Assembly: GCA_044222045.1 (NCBI GenBank)
Contig: JBGAOB010000004.1
Coordinates: forward strand, 1-54,321
Source of the DNA: Candidatus Eiseniibacteriota bacterium
GTDB taxonomy: Bacteria; Eisenbacteria; RBG-16-71-46
Length of the DNA: 54,321 bases
Reading direction: 5' to 3'
Shown here piece by piece: positions 26,853 to 36,037 of the stretch. Both the position numbers and the translations under genes were made by a program. How positions within the stretch are numbered: position 1 is the stretch's first letter; every line of letters begins with the position of its first letter. A model generated the notes under the pieces. That model saw nothing but the letters and a program-made list of their open reading frames with translations. It was not told where the DNA came from and did not search any database.

Positions 26853-28996
26853 GAAATTCCTCCAGCGGGCACCAGCCACGAAAGCTGCACGACGAAGCCT
26901 CCACCCGCACGCGGGCCCGCCGTCACGCGTGCATCCGGGCCGGCGAAGCGCCGCACGCGCTGTTCCAGGTTCTCCAGTCCCACACCCAGCCCGGGAGCGC
27001 CGCGGCCGTTCAGCGTGCCGTCGTCGGCGAACTCCATCTCGAACCGGCCCTCCACCAACCGTGCCTCCAGCGTCATGTGCAGGCTGTCGGCGCCGGGCGC
27101 GAGCCCGTGCTTGAGGCTGTTCTCCACCAGCGGCTGCAACACGAGCGGCGGCACGCTGGAGGACAGCAGATCGTCCCCGCCGCGGAACTCGAACACCAGC
27201 GGGTTCTCGTAGCGCTCGCGGGCCACGCCCAGGTAGTCCTCGACGAACGCGATCTCGTCGGAGAGCAACGCGGCCGGCCGCTGCCCGGCCTGCACGGCGT
27301 AGCGCAGCATGTCGGCGAGTCGCTCGGTGAAGCGCTGCGCCGCGGACGGATCGGTCTCGATCAGGTACGCGAGCGCGTTCAGCGCGTTGAACAGGAAGTG
27401 CGGCTGCACCTGCGCCTGCAGCGCGCGCAGCTCGGCGCGCGTCGCGGCCTCGCGCATCTCGACGGCCTGGCGCGCGGCGTTCGCGCGCTCGGCGGCCAGC
27501 GCCAGGTTCTCGAGCCGGATGCCGGCCTGCGCGAGCAGCGTCTCGAGCGCCCCGCGCGCGTGCTCGGGCGCTTCCTCGGGATCGGCCAGCCGCGGCGCGG
27601 CGTCCTCGGGCCACTCGATCGCGCGCGGCCGGCGCAGCCCGCGCGCGACGCCCTGCTCCACGGCGCGGCGCACCTCGCCACGGTCGAGCGCCGACAGCAG
27701 GTCGCGCCCGGCCTGGTCGAGCGCGGCGCGCAGTGCCTCCGGATCGCGGCCGTACACGCGGTTGATCGTGCGCTGCACGCGCTCGCGCAGCGGCGCGAAA
27801 GCGAACGCCACCACGAGCGCCGCCACCACGTTGAACGCCAGCGCCTGTTCGCCGGTGAGCGAGGCGAACACGCGCTGGCCGGCCAGCACGACGCCCAGGT
27901 AGATCGCGGCGAGCAGGCCCGACAGCAGCGCGTACGGCAGGCCGCCCACCACGAGCCGCCGCGGATCGAACAGCGGGTCGTCGGCGATCAGGTAGGCGAT
28001 CACGAGCGGCGTCGACAGCCACGCGATCAGGATGGCCGGGAACAGCACGCGCATGACCTCGTCGGGCACCAGGTCGAGCAGCCGCGGATCCAGCACCAGC
28101 ACGTTGAACGCCGCGCTCGCGAGCAGCACCACGGCCACGAGCAGCGCGAGCAGGCGCTGCTGGTTCGTCGGACGCCAGTCGGGTCCCTCGCGGCTGTAGC
28201 GCTCCAGCAGCGAGCCGGTGCCCACCACCAGCGCCACGGCCTCGAAGGCGTCGGCCCACTCGGACGGCGGGCTGTCCTGCAGCAGTGCGCGGCTCACGGC
28301 GTGCATCACGAACGGCGTCGCGTACGCGGCCACGGTCAGCCAGAACCACGGATTGCGCAGGTGCTGGCCGAGTTTCCAGCGCGGCCGCGGGAACATGCAC
28401 ATGAAGTGCACGAAGCTGGCCGGGTAGAACCACGTCAGCCATTCGTAGCCGCGCAGGTACAGCTCGAACGTCGGCGACAGGTCGCCCTGCGCGAAGTGGA
28501 AGCGCCGGAAGATCACGCCCGCGCCCTGCAGCGCGGCGAACCACAGGAACACCCACGCCGAGGTCAGGTCGGGCCGCCGCCACACCAGCAGGAACGCCAC
28601 GAGCGGCGCCGCGATGACGGCGGCGATCGGGTACGTCCACAGGCGCAGGCGCTGCCACGGCGACAGCCGCACCGGCGGCACCTGCAGCGTCAGGTTCTGC
28701 CCGTCGCGGCGCACGGTGAGCGCGAGCGTCTCGCGCGGCCAGCTCTTCGCGGGCATGCGGCTGCGCGCCACCGAGTCCCCGAGCGCGATGCCGTTGATCG
28801 CCACCAGCGTGTCGCCCTTCGCGAGCAGCCCGCGCGCCGGCGGGCCGACCACGGCCTGCACGTCCCCCGCGCGCCCCACGTCCGCGCCGAGGCGCGGATA
28901 GGGCGTGTGGGTGAGGAACCGCGGCAGCATGATCGCGGCGGCCAACATCACGGCGGCCAGCGCCAGGGCGCGGCGTGTGCGGACATCCGGCTTCAC
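26849..28996 (-). CDS. LytS-type sensor histidine kinase with PDZ domain and multiple TM helices
   Basis: PDZ-like GLLAKGDTLVAING, many TMs, LQAQVQPHFLFNALN, LQPLVENSLKHG, GVGLENL. Start uncertain (GTG 28996 or ATG 29059). Confidence 0.88.
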   Translation of the reverse strand: MKPDVRTRRALALAAVMLAAAIMLPRFLTHTPYPRLGADVGRAGDVQAVVGPPARGLLAKGDTLVAINGIALGDSVARSRMPAKSWPRETLALTVRRDGQNLTLQVPPVRLSPWQRLRLWTYPIAAVIAAPLVAFLLVWRRPDLTSAWVFLWFAALQGAGVIFRRFHFAQGDLSPTFELYLRGYEWLTWFYPASFVHFMCMFPRPRWKLGQHLRNPWFWLTVAAYATPFVMHAVSRALLQDSPPSEWADAFEAVALVVGTGSLLERYSREGPDWRPTNQQRLLALLVAVVLLASAAFNVLVLDPRLLDLVPDEVMRVLFPAILIAWLSTPLVIAYLIADDPLFDPRRLVVGGLPYALLSGLLAAIYLGVVLAGQRVFASLTGEQALAFNVVAALVVAFAFAPLRERVQRTINRVYGRDPEALRAALDQAGRDLLSALDRGEVRRAVEQGVARGLRRPRAIEWPEDAAPRLADPEEAPEHARGALETLLAQAGIRLENLALAAERANAARQAVEMREAATRAELRALQAQVQPHFLFNALNALAYLIETDPSAAQRFTERLADMLRYAVQAGQRPAALLSDEIAFVEDYLGVARERYENPLVFEFRGGDDLLSSSVPPLVLQPLVENSLKHGLAPGADSLHMTLEARLVEGRFEMEFADDGTLNGRGAPGLGVGLENLEQRVRRFAGPDARVTAGPRAGGGFVVQLSWLVPAGGIS

Positions 28997-29390
28997 GCGT
29001 GGCACCTTCGCACGGATGGGATTCGTCGGGTGGACATCGTGTGGCTTTCCTGTGGACATGCAGCGTGCGGCCTCGCGCGGCCCCGCGGCCAGCGGCCCTT
29101 CACGAGCGCGGCGCTCGCCACGCCGAGCGAGTGTCCGGACGGCGCAAAGCCGCGCCCGGACTCGGTCTGGGCCCGACAATTGCGTGCACCTGTGGAAAGC
29201 CGCTGATAGACTGCGGCCCCGATTCCGGGCAGGAACAGCCGGTCCCGCTCGTGTGACCGGCGGATCGCCTTCGCTCGCCGATCCGTCCGGACCGCCCACG
29301 CCCCGCGCGGGCTTCACCCGAGCCGCCGGCCGCTCCGGCCTCGACCCCCGCGCAGCCTCCCCGGCGAGGCGGGATTCCAGGAGGTTCACG

Positions 29391-30857
29391 TTGAAGTTCG
29401 GATCGCGCGCCGCACTGGCCGCCTTGCTGGTGCTCGCCCTCGCTTCTGTCTTCGCCGCCCACGCCGCCACGCCGTCGCGCGCCGCGCGCCCGACGGCGCC
29501 CGCGACCCCTCCGCCCACGCCGGCGGCCGCGGCCCGTCCGGCCGCGGGCACGCCGCCCGCCCCGGCCGCGAGCGCGGGTGAAGACGAGTCCGTGGACGCC
29601 GTGGCCGCCACGGTGAACGACGAAGTCGTGCTGATGAGCGACGTCGAGGAGCAGCTCTACCTGTTCCTGCAGCGCTCCAACGCGCGCCCGACCGACGTGG
29701 AGCTGGACACGCTCCGCAAGGCCGTGCTGAACCAGCTCATCGACGAGCGCCTGATCCTGGCCGAGGCCAAGCGCCAGAGCATCACCGTGCCCGACGCCGA
29801 GATCGCGAAGCAGGTGGACGCCGCGATCGAGGACGCGAAGCAGCGCCTGGGCAGTGAGGCGGCCTACCAGGAGCAGCTCAAGCGCGAGAACACCACCGAG
29901 GCCCGCCTGCGCGAGAAGTACCGCGGCGAGGTCACGCGCCAGATGCAGGAGCAGCGCCTCGTGCAGAAGATGTTCCCGAAGCGCGTGGTGCCGATGGCCG
30001 AGGCCGAGGCCTACTTCAAGGCGCACCCGGACCAGTTCCCGAAGGTGCCCGGCCAGCTGCGCCTGCAGGTGATCCAGATCCCGCCGACGCCGGATTCGAT
30101 GGCGCTGGTGCGCGGCCGGCAGAAGATCGAGGCCATCCGCAAGCGCCTCACCACCGGCGGCGAGAAGTTCGCCAAGGTGGCGCCCGAGGTGTCCGACGAT
30201 CCGGGCTCGGCCCGTTCGGGCGGCGACCTGGGCTTCTTCACGCGCGGCCAGATGGACCCCACGGTCGAGAAGGCCGCGTTCGAAGGCAGGCTGAACACGG
30301 TGAGCGCACCGGTGCTGTCGTCGTACGGCTGGCACCTGGTGGAGCCGCTCGAGCGCGACACGGTGAAGACCGTCTCGGGCCGCGACTCGCTCGACGCCGA
30401 CGGCAAGCCGCTGCTCGAAGTGCACGCGCGCCACATCCTGGTGCGCGTCACGCCCGAGGACGCGGACGTCGAGCGCGCCCGCGCGCTGGCGGACCGCGTG
30501 CGCGACGAGGCCGTGCGCGGCACCAACTTCGGCGTGCTGGCTCGCCGCTACAGCAAGTACAACGGTCCCGCCGACGAGCAGGGCGACGTGGGCTTCGTGT
30601 CGGTGGGCAACCTGCAGCCGCAGATCCGCACCGGCCTCGACTCGCTCGAGGTGGGCCAGGTCAGCGAAGTGCTGGTGAACCAGTCGGGTTTCAACATCTT
30701 CAAGGTCGTGGACAAGAAGCCGGAGCGCGATTACTCGGTGGAGGAGATCCGCGAGGAACTCCCCGACGCCGTGGCGCAGATCCAGTTCCGCGAGAAGTAC
30801 GACGCATGGGTCAAGACCCTGCGGGCCAAGGCGACGATCGACATCAAGAGCCTCTGA
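29391..30857 (+). CDS. surA: SurA-like periplasmic chaperone / PPIase
   Basis: TTG start after AGGAGG; signal peptide. DAVAATVNDEVV (SurA N) and two parvulin domains (SDDPGSARSGGDLG; HARHILV). Confidence 0.85.
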   Translation: MKFGSRAALAALLVLALASVFAAHAATPSRAARPTAPATPPPTPAAAARPAAGTPPAPAASAGEDESVDAVAATVNDEVVLMSDVEEQLYLFLQRSNARPTDVELDTLRKAVLNQLIDERLILAEAKRQSITVPDAEIAKQVDAAIEDAKQRLGSEAAYQEQLKRENTTEARLREKYRGEVTRQMQEQRLVQKMFPKRVVPMAEAEAYFKAHPDQFPKVPGQLRLQVIQIPPTPDSMALVRGRQKIEAIRKRLTTGGEKFAKVAPEVSDDPGSARSGGDLGFFTRGQMDPTVEKAAFEGRLNTVSAPVLSSYGWHLVEPLERDTVKTVSGRDSLDADGKPLLEVHARHILVRVTPEDADVERARALADRVRDEAVRGTNFGVLARRYSKYNGPADEQGDVGFVSVGNLQPQIRTGLDSLEVGQVSEVLVNQSGFNIFKVVDKKPERDYSVEEIREELPDAVAQIQFREKYDAWVKTLRAKATIDIKSL

Positions 30858-30905
30858 CCCGCTGTCCGTGACCCTTGCGGCCGCCCAGGGAGGGGCGTGA
30901 ACGCG

Positions 30906-31661
30906 ATGATCACCTTCGAACACGTGACGAAGCGCTACGGAGAGCGCCTCGCCCTGGACGACGTGAACTGGCGTCTGTCCGAGGGCGAATGCGTCAGCGT
31001 GGTCGGCCACAGCGCCGCCGGTAAGACCACGCTTCTGCGCCTGATCACCCACGAGACGCTGCCCACGTCCGGCAGCGTCACCGTGGGCACGTTCCGCAGC
31101 GGCAAGCTGTCGCGCGCACAGCGCGCACTGCTGCGCCGCACGATCGGCGTGATCTACGAGGACTTCCGCCTGCTGGCCGACCGCAGCGCGTTCGAGAACG
31201 TGGCGCTGGCCGTGCGCATCGCCGGCCACTTCGCGGACGCCGAGGTGATCCCGCGCGTGATGTACGCGCTCGAGGAGGTCGGGCTCAAGGACAAGCAGAC
31301 GGCGCTCCCCTCGGAGCTGTCGTTCGGCGAGAAGCAGCGCTGCGCCATCGCGCGCGCGATCGTGAACCGCCCGGCGCTGCTGCTGGCCGACGAGCCGACC
31401 GGCGCGCTCGAGCCCAGGAGCGCGGGCGAGGTGCTGGCGCTGCTCAAGCGCATCCACGCCGACGGCGCCGCGCTGCTGGTGGGCACGACGCGCCCCGAGG
31501 TGGCCGAGGCCGTGGGCGGCACGCGCTACACGCTGCTCGAGGGCCGGCTCACGCGCGAGGGCCAGGCGGCCTCGGCCTATGCGCCGCCGGCATCGTCCGC
31601 GCCACCCGCCTCGTCCGCGCCGCCCGCGCACCCGTTCGCGCCGCCGGGAGGGACGATCTGA
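30906..31661 (+). CDS. ftsE: Cell-division ABC ATP-binding protein FtsE (degenerate motifs)
   Basis: LRRTIGVIYEDFRLL, AIARAIVNRP..LLADEPTG. Directly upstream of ftsX and envC. Confidence 0.8.
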   Translation: MITFEHVTKRYGERLALDDVNWRLSEGECVSVVGHSAAGKTTLLRLITHETLPTSGSVTVGTFRSGKLSRAQRALLRRTIGVIYEDFRLLADRSAFENVALAVRIAGHFADAEVIPRVMYALEEVGLKDKQTALPSELSFGEKQRCAIARAIVNRPALLLADEPTGALEPRSAGEVLALLKRIHADGAALLVGTTRPEVAEAVGGTRYTLLEGRLTREGQAASAYAPPASSAPPASSAPPAHPFAPPGGTI

Positions 31662-32518
31662 TGCACCTGTTCTTCTGGAGGGAAGCCTGGCGCTCGCTGA
31701 ACGCGCACCGCGGTCTCGCATGGACGGCCGTGTTCTCGCTGACGGCGGCGCTCACGCTGGTGGGCCTGCTGCTGACGCTGTCGTGGAACGCGCGTCAGGC
31801 GCTGCACGCGATCGGCGACCGCCGCGAGATGATCGTGTACCTGCGCGACGACGTGAGCGAGGCGCAGATGGAGCCGCTCGTGGAGCGCGTGCGTCAGTAC
31901 TACGGCGCGCCCACGTACGTGAGCCGCGCGCAGGCGTGGGAGGAGTTCTCGCAGCAGGTGGGCGACCCCGAGCTGCTGAAGGCCGTCGACCAGAACCCGC
32001 TGCCGGCGTCGCTGCGCATCAAGCTCAAGCCGGAGCTGCTCAGCTATCCCGCGATGGAGCAGGCCGCGCAGCAGCTGTCGCAGCTGCCGGAGGTGGAGGA
32101 CGTGCGCTACGGCGCGGAGTGGGTGCGCCGGCTCGACGACGTGAGCGGCGCGCTGCACCGCAGCACGGTGGCCGTGGGGCTGGTCGTGGCGCTCGCGATC
32201 GTGTTCATCCTCACGAACACGCTGCGGCTGACCGTGCTCGCGCGGCGTCAGCAGGTGGAGATCATGACCAAGCTGGGCGCCACGGACCGCTTCGTGGCGA
32301 TCCCGTTCGTGATCGAAGCGGTGCTCCAGGTGTTCGTGGCCGCCGCGTTCGCGCTGCTGATCACGTTCGCCCTGCAGCAGGCCGTGGCCACGCGGGTGAC
32401 GGGGCTCGAGTTCCTGCCGCCGTTGTGGATGGCCGCGTTCGTCGGCGGCGCCGTGCTGCTGGGCTGGGCGGCCGGCAGCTGGGTGCTGATGCGCGCGCTG
32501 CGGCACACCGGCGCATGA
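31661..32518 (+). CDS. ftsX: Cell-division permease FtsX
   Basis: NPLPASL, EVEDVRY, NTLRLTVLARRQQVEIMTKLGAT..FVAIPF; four TMs. Confidence 0.92.
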   Translation: MHLFFWREAWRSLNAHRGLAWTAVFSLTAALTLVGLLLTLSWNARQALHAIGDRREMIVYLRDDVSEAQMEPLVERVRQYYGAPTYVSRAQAWEEFSQQVGDPELLKAVDQNPLPASLRIKLKPELLSYPAMEQAAQQLSQLPEVEDVRYGAEWVRRLDDVSGALHRSTVAVGLVVALAIVFILTNTLRLTVLARRQQVEIMTKLGATDRFVAIPFVIEAVLQVFVAAAFALLITFALQQAVATRVTGLEFLPPLWMAAFVGGAVLLGWAAGSWVLMRALRHTGA

Positions 32519-33699
32519 TGCGGCGCCTCGGGCTCGTGCTGTTCGCCGCGTTGCTGATGGCGGCGCCGGTGCTCGCGCAGCAGGACAGCGTGGAGCAGGC
32601 CGAGCGCCGTCGGCTGGAGCAGCTGACGCGGCAGGCGCGCGAGAAGCGCGAGGCCGCCACGCGGCTGCGCGGCCAGGAGAACCGCGCGCTCGGCGAGCTC
32701 AAGCGCACCGAGCGCGAGCTGGGCCTGACGCGCCGACGGCTGCAGCAGCTCGCGAGCAAGCAGCGCACGCTCGACACGCAGCTCGACGTGACGCGCGCGA
32801 ACCTGGAACGCAGCATCGTGTCGCTGAACGCGCAGCGCGACCGGCTGCGCAAGCGGCTGCGCAACCTCTACAAGTACGGCCCGGCGCGCGAGCTGGAGTA
32901 CCTGCTGTCCACGCGCTCGTTCGGTCAACTCATGGCGCGCTGGGACTTCCTCACCATGGTGGCGCAGCAGGACCGCTATCTGCTCGAGGGCGTGCGCGCC
33001 GAGAAGGAACAGGTCGAAGCCGACAAGCAGCGGCTCGAGTCCAACCTCACGCAGGTGCAGCAGAACGCCAAGGAGACCTCGAAGACGTCGGCGAAGCTCG
33101 CCGACCTGCGCTCGCAGCGGGCGCGCAACGTGAAGGCGATCCAGACGCAGCGCGAGGCGTACGAGGCGGCCGCGGCCGACCTCGAGCGCGCCGCCCGCCG
33201 CACGCAGGCGCTGCTCGCGCGGCTGGAGCGCCAGCGCCGCGAGGAGGCCGACCGCGCGCGCGCGCAGGGCCGCAACCCACAGCCGTACTCGGGCGACTTC
33301 GCGAAGGGCCAGGGCCAGCTCGACTGGCCGGTGCGCGGCCCGGTCGTGGGACGCTTCGGCCTGGAGACGCATCCGCGCTTCGGCACCAAGGTCAACAACG
33401 ACGGCATCGACATCCAGGTGGCGGTGGGCACCGCGGTGCGCGCGGTGGCGAAGGGCCGCGTGGACTTCGCGAGCGACGACTACGAGGGCATGGGCGGCCT
33501 GGTGGTGCTGAACCACGGCGACGGCTACTTCACGGTGTACGGGCACCTGTCGGGCGTGTCGGTGAAGAACGCGCAGGAGGTGCTGCCGGGCGCGGTGATC
33601 GGCCGTTCCGGCGAAGTCGGCTCGCTCAAGGGCCCGGTGCTGCACTTCGAGGTGCGCAAGGGCTCCGCCGCGATGAACCCCGAGAGCTGGCTGCAGTAG
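32515..33699 (+). CDS. envC: Murein hydrolase activator EnvC (coiled coil + M23 domain)
   Basis: Signal peptide, long coiled coil, LDWPVRG, NDGIDI, YGHL, LHFEVR. Follows ftsEX. Confidence 0.88.
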   Translation: MMRRLGLVLFAALLMAAPVLAQQDSVEQAERRRLEQLTRQAREKREAATRLRGQENRALGELKRTERELGLTRRRLQQLASKQRTLDTQLDVTRANLERSIVSLNAQRDRLRKRLRNLYKYGPARELEYLLSTRSFGQLMARWDFLTMVAQQDRYLLEGVRAEKEQVEADKQRLESNLTQVQQNAKETSKTSAKLADLRSQRARNVKAIQTQREAYEAAAADLERAARRTQALLARLERQRREEADRARAQGRNPQPYSGDFAKGQGQLDWPVRGPVVGRFGLETHPRFGTKVNNDGIDIQVAVGTAVRAVAKGRVDFASDDYEGMGGLVVLNHGDGYFTVYGHLSGVSVKNAQEVLPGAVIGRSGEVGSLKGPVLHFEVRKGSAAMNPESWLQ

Positions 33700-33774
33700 C
33701 GCGCCGGCGGGTCGCGCCGGGCGTGTGAGGCCGGCGCCGCGTGCTCCGAAAGGAGCCGCCGCGGCAGACCGCCG

Positions 33775-35301
33775 CTACGCGCCGAAGATCTCCTCCAGCG
33801 TCTTCGTGAGTTCCGCGCGCGTGTGCGGCTTGCGCAGCGTCCGCGTCACGCCGTGCGCGCGCAGCATCTCGGGATCCGCCGTCTGCGCCAGCCCCGAGAT
33901 CAGCAGCACCGGCACGTCCGCCCGCGCCGCACGCACGCGCATCGACAGCTCCAGCCCGGTCAGCAGCGGCATCGTGTTGTCCGTGATCACCAGGTCGTAC
34001 GAATCCGGGCTCGCCTGGAAGTCCTCCCACGCCTCCACCGCCGACAATCGCGCCGTCACGCGCAGCCCCAGCGACTCCAGCTGGCGGCGCAGCATCGACA
34101 GCAGCTCCGCCTCGTCGTCCACCAGCAGCACGTGGTGCGCGGCCGGCCTCGACTCCTCGACCGTGTGCGGCGCCGGCTCGGCCGGGCCCTCCGCGTGGGC
34201 CGGCAGGTAGACGTCGATGCGCGTGCCGCGCCCCGGCTCGCTCTGCACGTCCACGAAGCCGCCGTGCCCGTGCACGATGCCGTGGATCACCGACAGCCCG
34301 AGCCCCGTGCCGAGCCCCACCGGCTTCGTGGTGAAGAACGGCTCGAACGCTCGCCGCAGCACCTCCGGCGTCATTCCGTGCCCGCTGTCCTTCACCGTGA
34401 GCCGCGCGTAGCGCCCGGGGCGCAGCGCCGGTCGCGACGCCGCGAGTGCTTCGTCCACCACCGCCAGCGACAGCCGCACCTCCAGCGCGCCGCCGTCCGG
34501 CATCGCGTGGGCGGCGTTCGTCGCCAGGTTCATCAGCACCTGGTGGATCGACGTCTCGTCCGACAGCACCTCGGGCGTGGCCGGGTCCAGCGCATCGCTC
34601 ATCTGGATCGTGGTCGGCAGCGTCGCGCGCAGCAGGTGCAGCACTTCGCGCACCGAGCGATCCAGGCGCACCGGCACGCGCGGCGCCTCGTGCGGGCGGC
34701 TGAACGACAGGATGCGCTGCACCAGCAGCCGTCCGCGGTCGGCCGCCTTCAGCACCTGCGCGAGGTCTTCGTGCAGCGAATCGGGAAGGTTCGGCGAATC
34801 CGCCACCAGCTCGGTGTAGCCGATGATGCCCAGCAGCACGTTGTTGAAGTCGTGCGCGATGCCGCCCGCGAGGGTGCCGATGGCCTCCATCTTCTGCGAG
34901 TGCCGCACGCGTTCCTCGATGCGCCGGCGCCCGCTGATGTCCACCACCGACGCGAGCACGATCAGACCGTCGGGACGGTTCACCGGGTTCAGGCCGATCT
35001 CCACCGGAAACTCGGTGCCGTCGCGATGCAACCCGTACAGGTCGCGGCCGGCGCCCATGGGGCGCGTCTGCGCGTGCGCGGCGTAGCCCGCACGATGCCC
35101 GGGGTGATGCGTGCGGAAGCGGCCCGGCACCAGCTTCTCGATGGGCTCGCCGATCAGCTCGTCGAGCGTGTAGCCGAACAGGCGCTGCACCTCGGCGTTC
35201 GCGAGTCGGATGCGGCCGTCGCCGTCGACGGCGAGCATGCCCGACGGCGAAAGATCGAACGCGAGCCGGAACAGGTCGGCGTGGGGCAGCTGGGGAACCA
35301 T
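33775..35301 (-). CDS. PAS-domain hybrid histidine kinase/receiver
   Basis: PAS (RPMGAGRDLYGLHRDGTEFPVEIGL), HDFNN, NLATNA, FFTTK, GTGLGL and receiver LVDDE/TDNTMP. Confidence 0.92.
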   Translation of the reverse strand: MVPQLPHADLFRLAFDLSPSGMLAVDGDGRIRLANAEVQRLFGYTLDELIGEPIEKLVPGRFRTHHPGHRAGYAAHAQTRPMGAGRDLYGLHRDGTEFPVEIGLNPVNRPDGLIVLASVVDISGRRRIEERVRHSQKMEAIGTLAGGIAHDFNNVLLGIIGYTELVADSPNLPDSLHEDLAQVLKAADRGRLLVQRILSFSRPHEAPRVPVRLDRSVREVLHLLRATLPTTIQMSDALDPATPEVLSDETSIHQVLMNLATNAAHAMPDGGALEVRLSLAVVDEALAASRPALRPGRYARLTVKDSGHGMTPEVLRRAFEPFFTTKPVGLGTGLGLSVIHGIVHGHGGFVDVQSEPGRGTRIDVYLPAHAEGPAEPAPHTVEESRPAAHHVLLVDDEAELLSMLRRQLESLGLRVTARLSAVEAWEDFQASPDSYDLVITDNTMPLLTGLELSMRVRAARADVPVLLISGLAQTADPEMLRAHGVTRTLRKPHTRAELTKTLEEIFGA

Positions 35302-35526
35302 GTCGGGGACGCTCCTCACGGGGGAGGCCAGCCCGAGCAGGGCCGGCGCGCGCACTATGCCCCATCCGGAGAACGGCTCCAACGGATTACTCACTCGCCT
35401 GCACGACTTGAGGTTGACGACTTCCTACCATGTCCGCCGAGGGGCGCGTGCTAGGCTCCCGACCGTTCTCCAGTCGACCCCGCCATCCGCCGATACCGCG
35501 GGCGTCCCGTCGCACCCGGAGGTTCC

Positions 35527-35928
35527 GTGATCCGTCGCTCGAGCTGGTACCCCGTCGTCGCCCTGGTCGGCACGCTCGTGCTGCTGGTGGCCGCCGACGT
35601 GTGCCTGCTCGTGACGTGCGCACCGCGCGATCGCGCCGCGGCGCGTTGCGCGCACTGCGCGATGCCGGCGCCTTCCACGAAGGCGCCACCCGCCGGCCAC
35701 GGCGCCGACACCGACGCGCCCTGCTGCGTGCAGCTGACGCTGGCCAGCGCGCCGTCCGTGGTCGCTCCCGACGCCGCCCCCGCGCACTTCGCCCCGGCGA
35801 TGCTCGCGTTCGCCGTGTCCGCACCGGCCCCCGTGACGGCGCGCTTCGAGCCGCCCCGCGACGAAGCCCCGCCGCCCACACGCGACGATTTCGATCCGCG
35901 CGCCGAGCGCGGGCCTCCCTCCTGCTGA
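35527..35928 (+). CDS. DUF2946-like Cys/His-rich exported leader protein ending in an RGPP motif
   Basis: GGAGG RBS and N-terminal hydrophobic segment. CAHC, PCC and C-terminal ERGPPSC. First gene of the cus operon. Confidence 0.65.
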   Translation: MIRRSSWYPVVALVGTLVLLVAADVCLLVTCAPRDRAAARCAHCAMPAPSTKAPPAGHGADTDAPCCVQLTLASAPSVVAPDAAPAHFAPAMLAFAVSAPAPVTARFEPPRDEAPPPTRDDFDPRAERGPPSC

Positions 35929-36037
35929 CCTCCGCCGGGCACTGACCCGGCCCGCGCCGCACGTGCGTCCGCACGCGCGGCAGTCGTCGCTTTCGCCCTT
36001 CCGCAGCGCGGAAGGCACGACGCCCGGAGGCAGCACG

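Noticed and set aside
33320-33699. Degenerate M23 active site in envC (NDGID)
   Set aside because: This is expected, because EnvC is a non-catalytic amidase activator.
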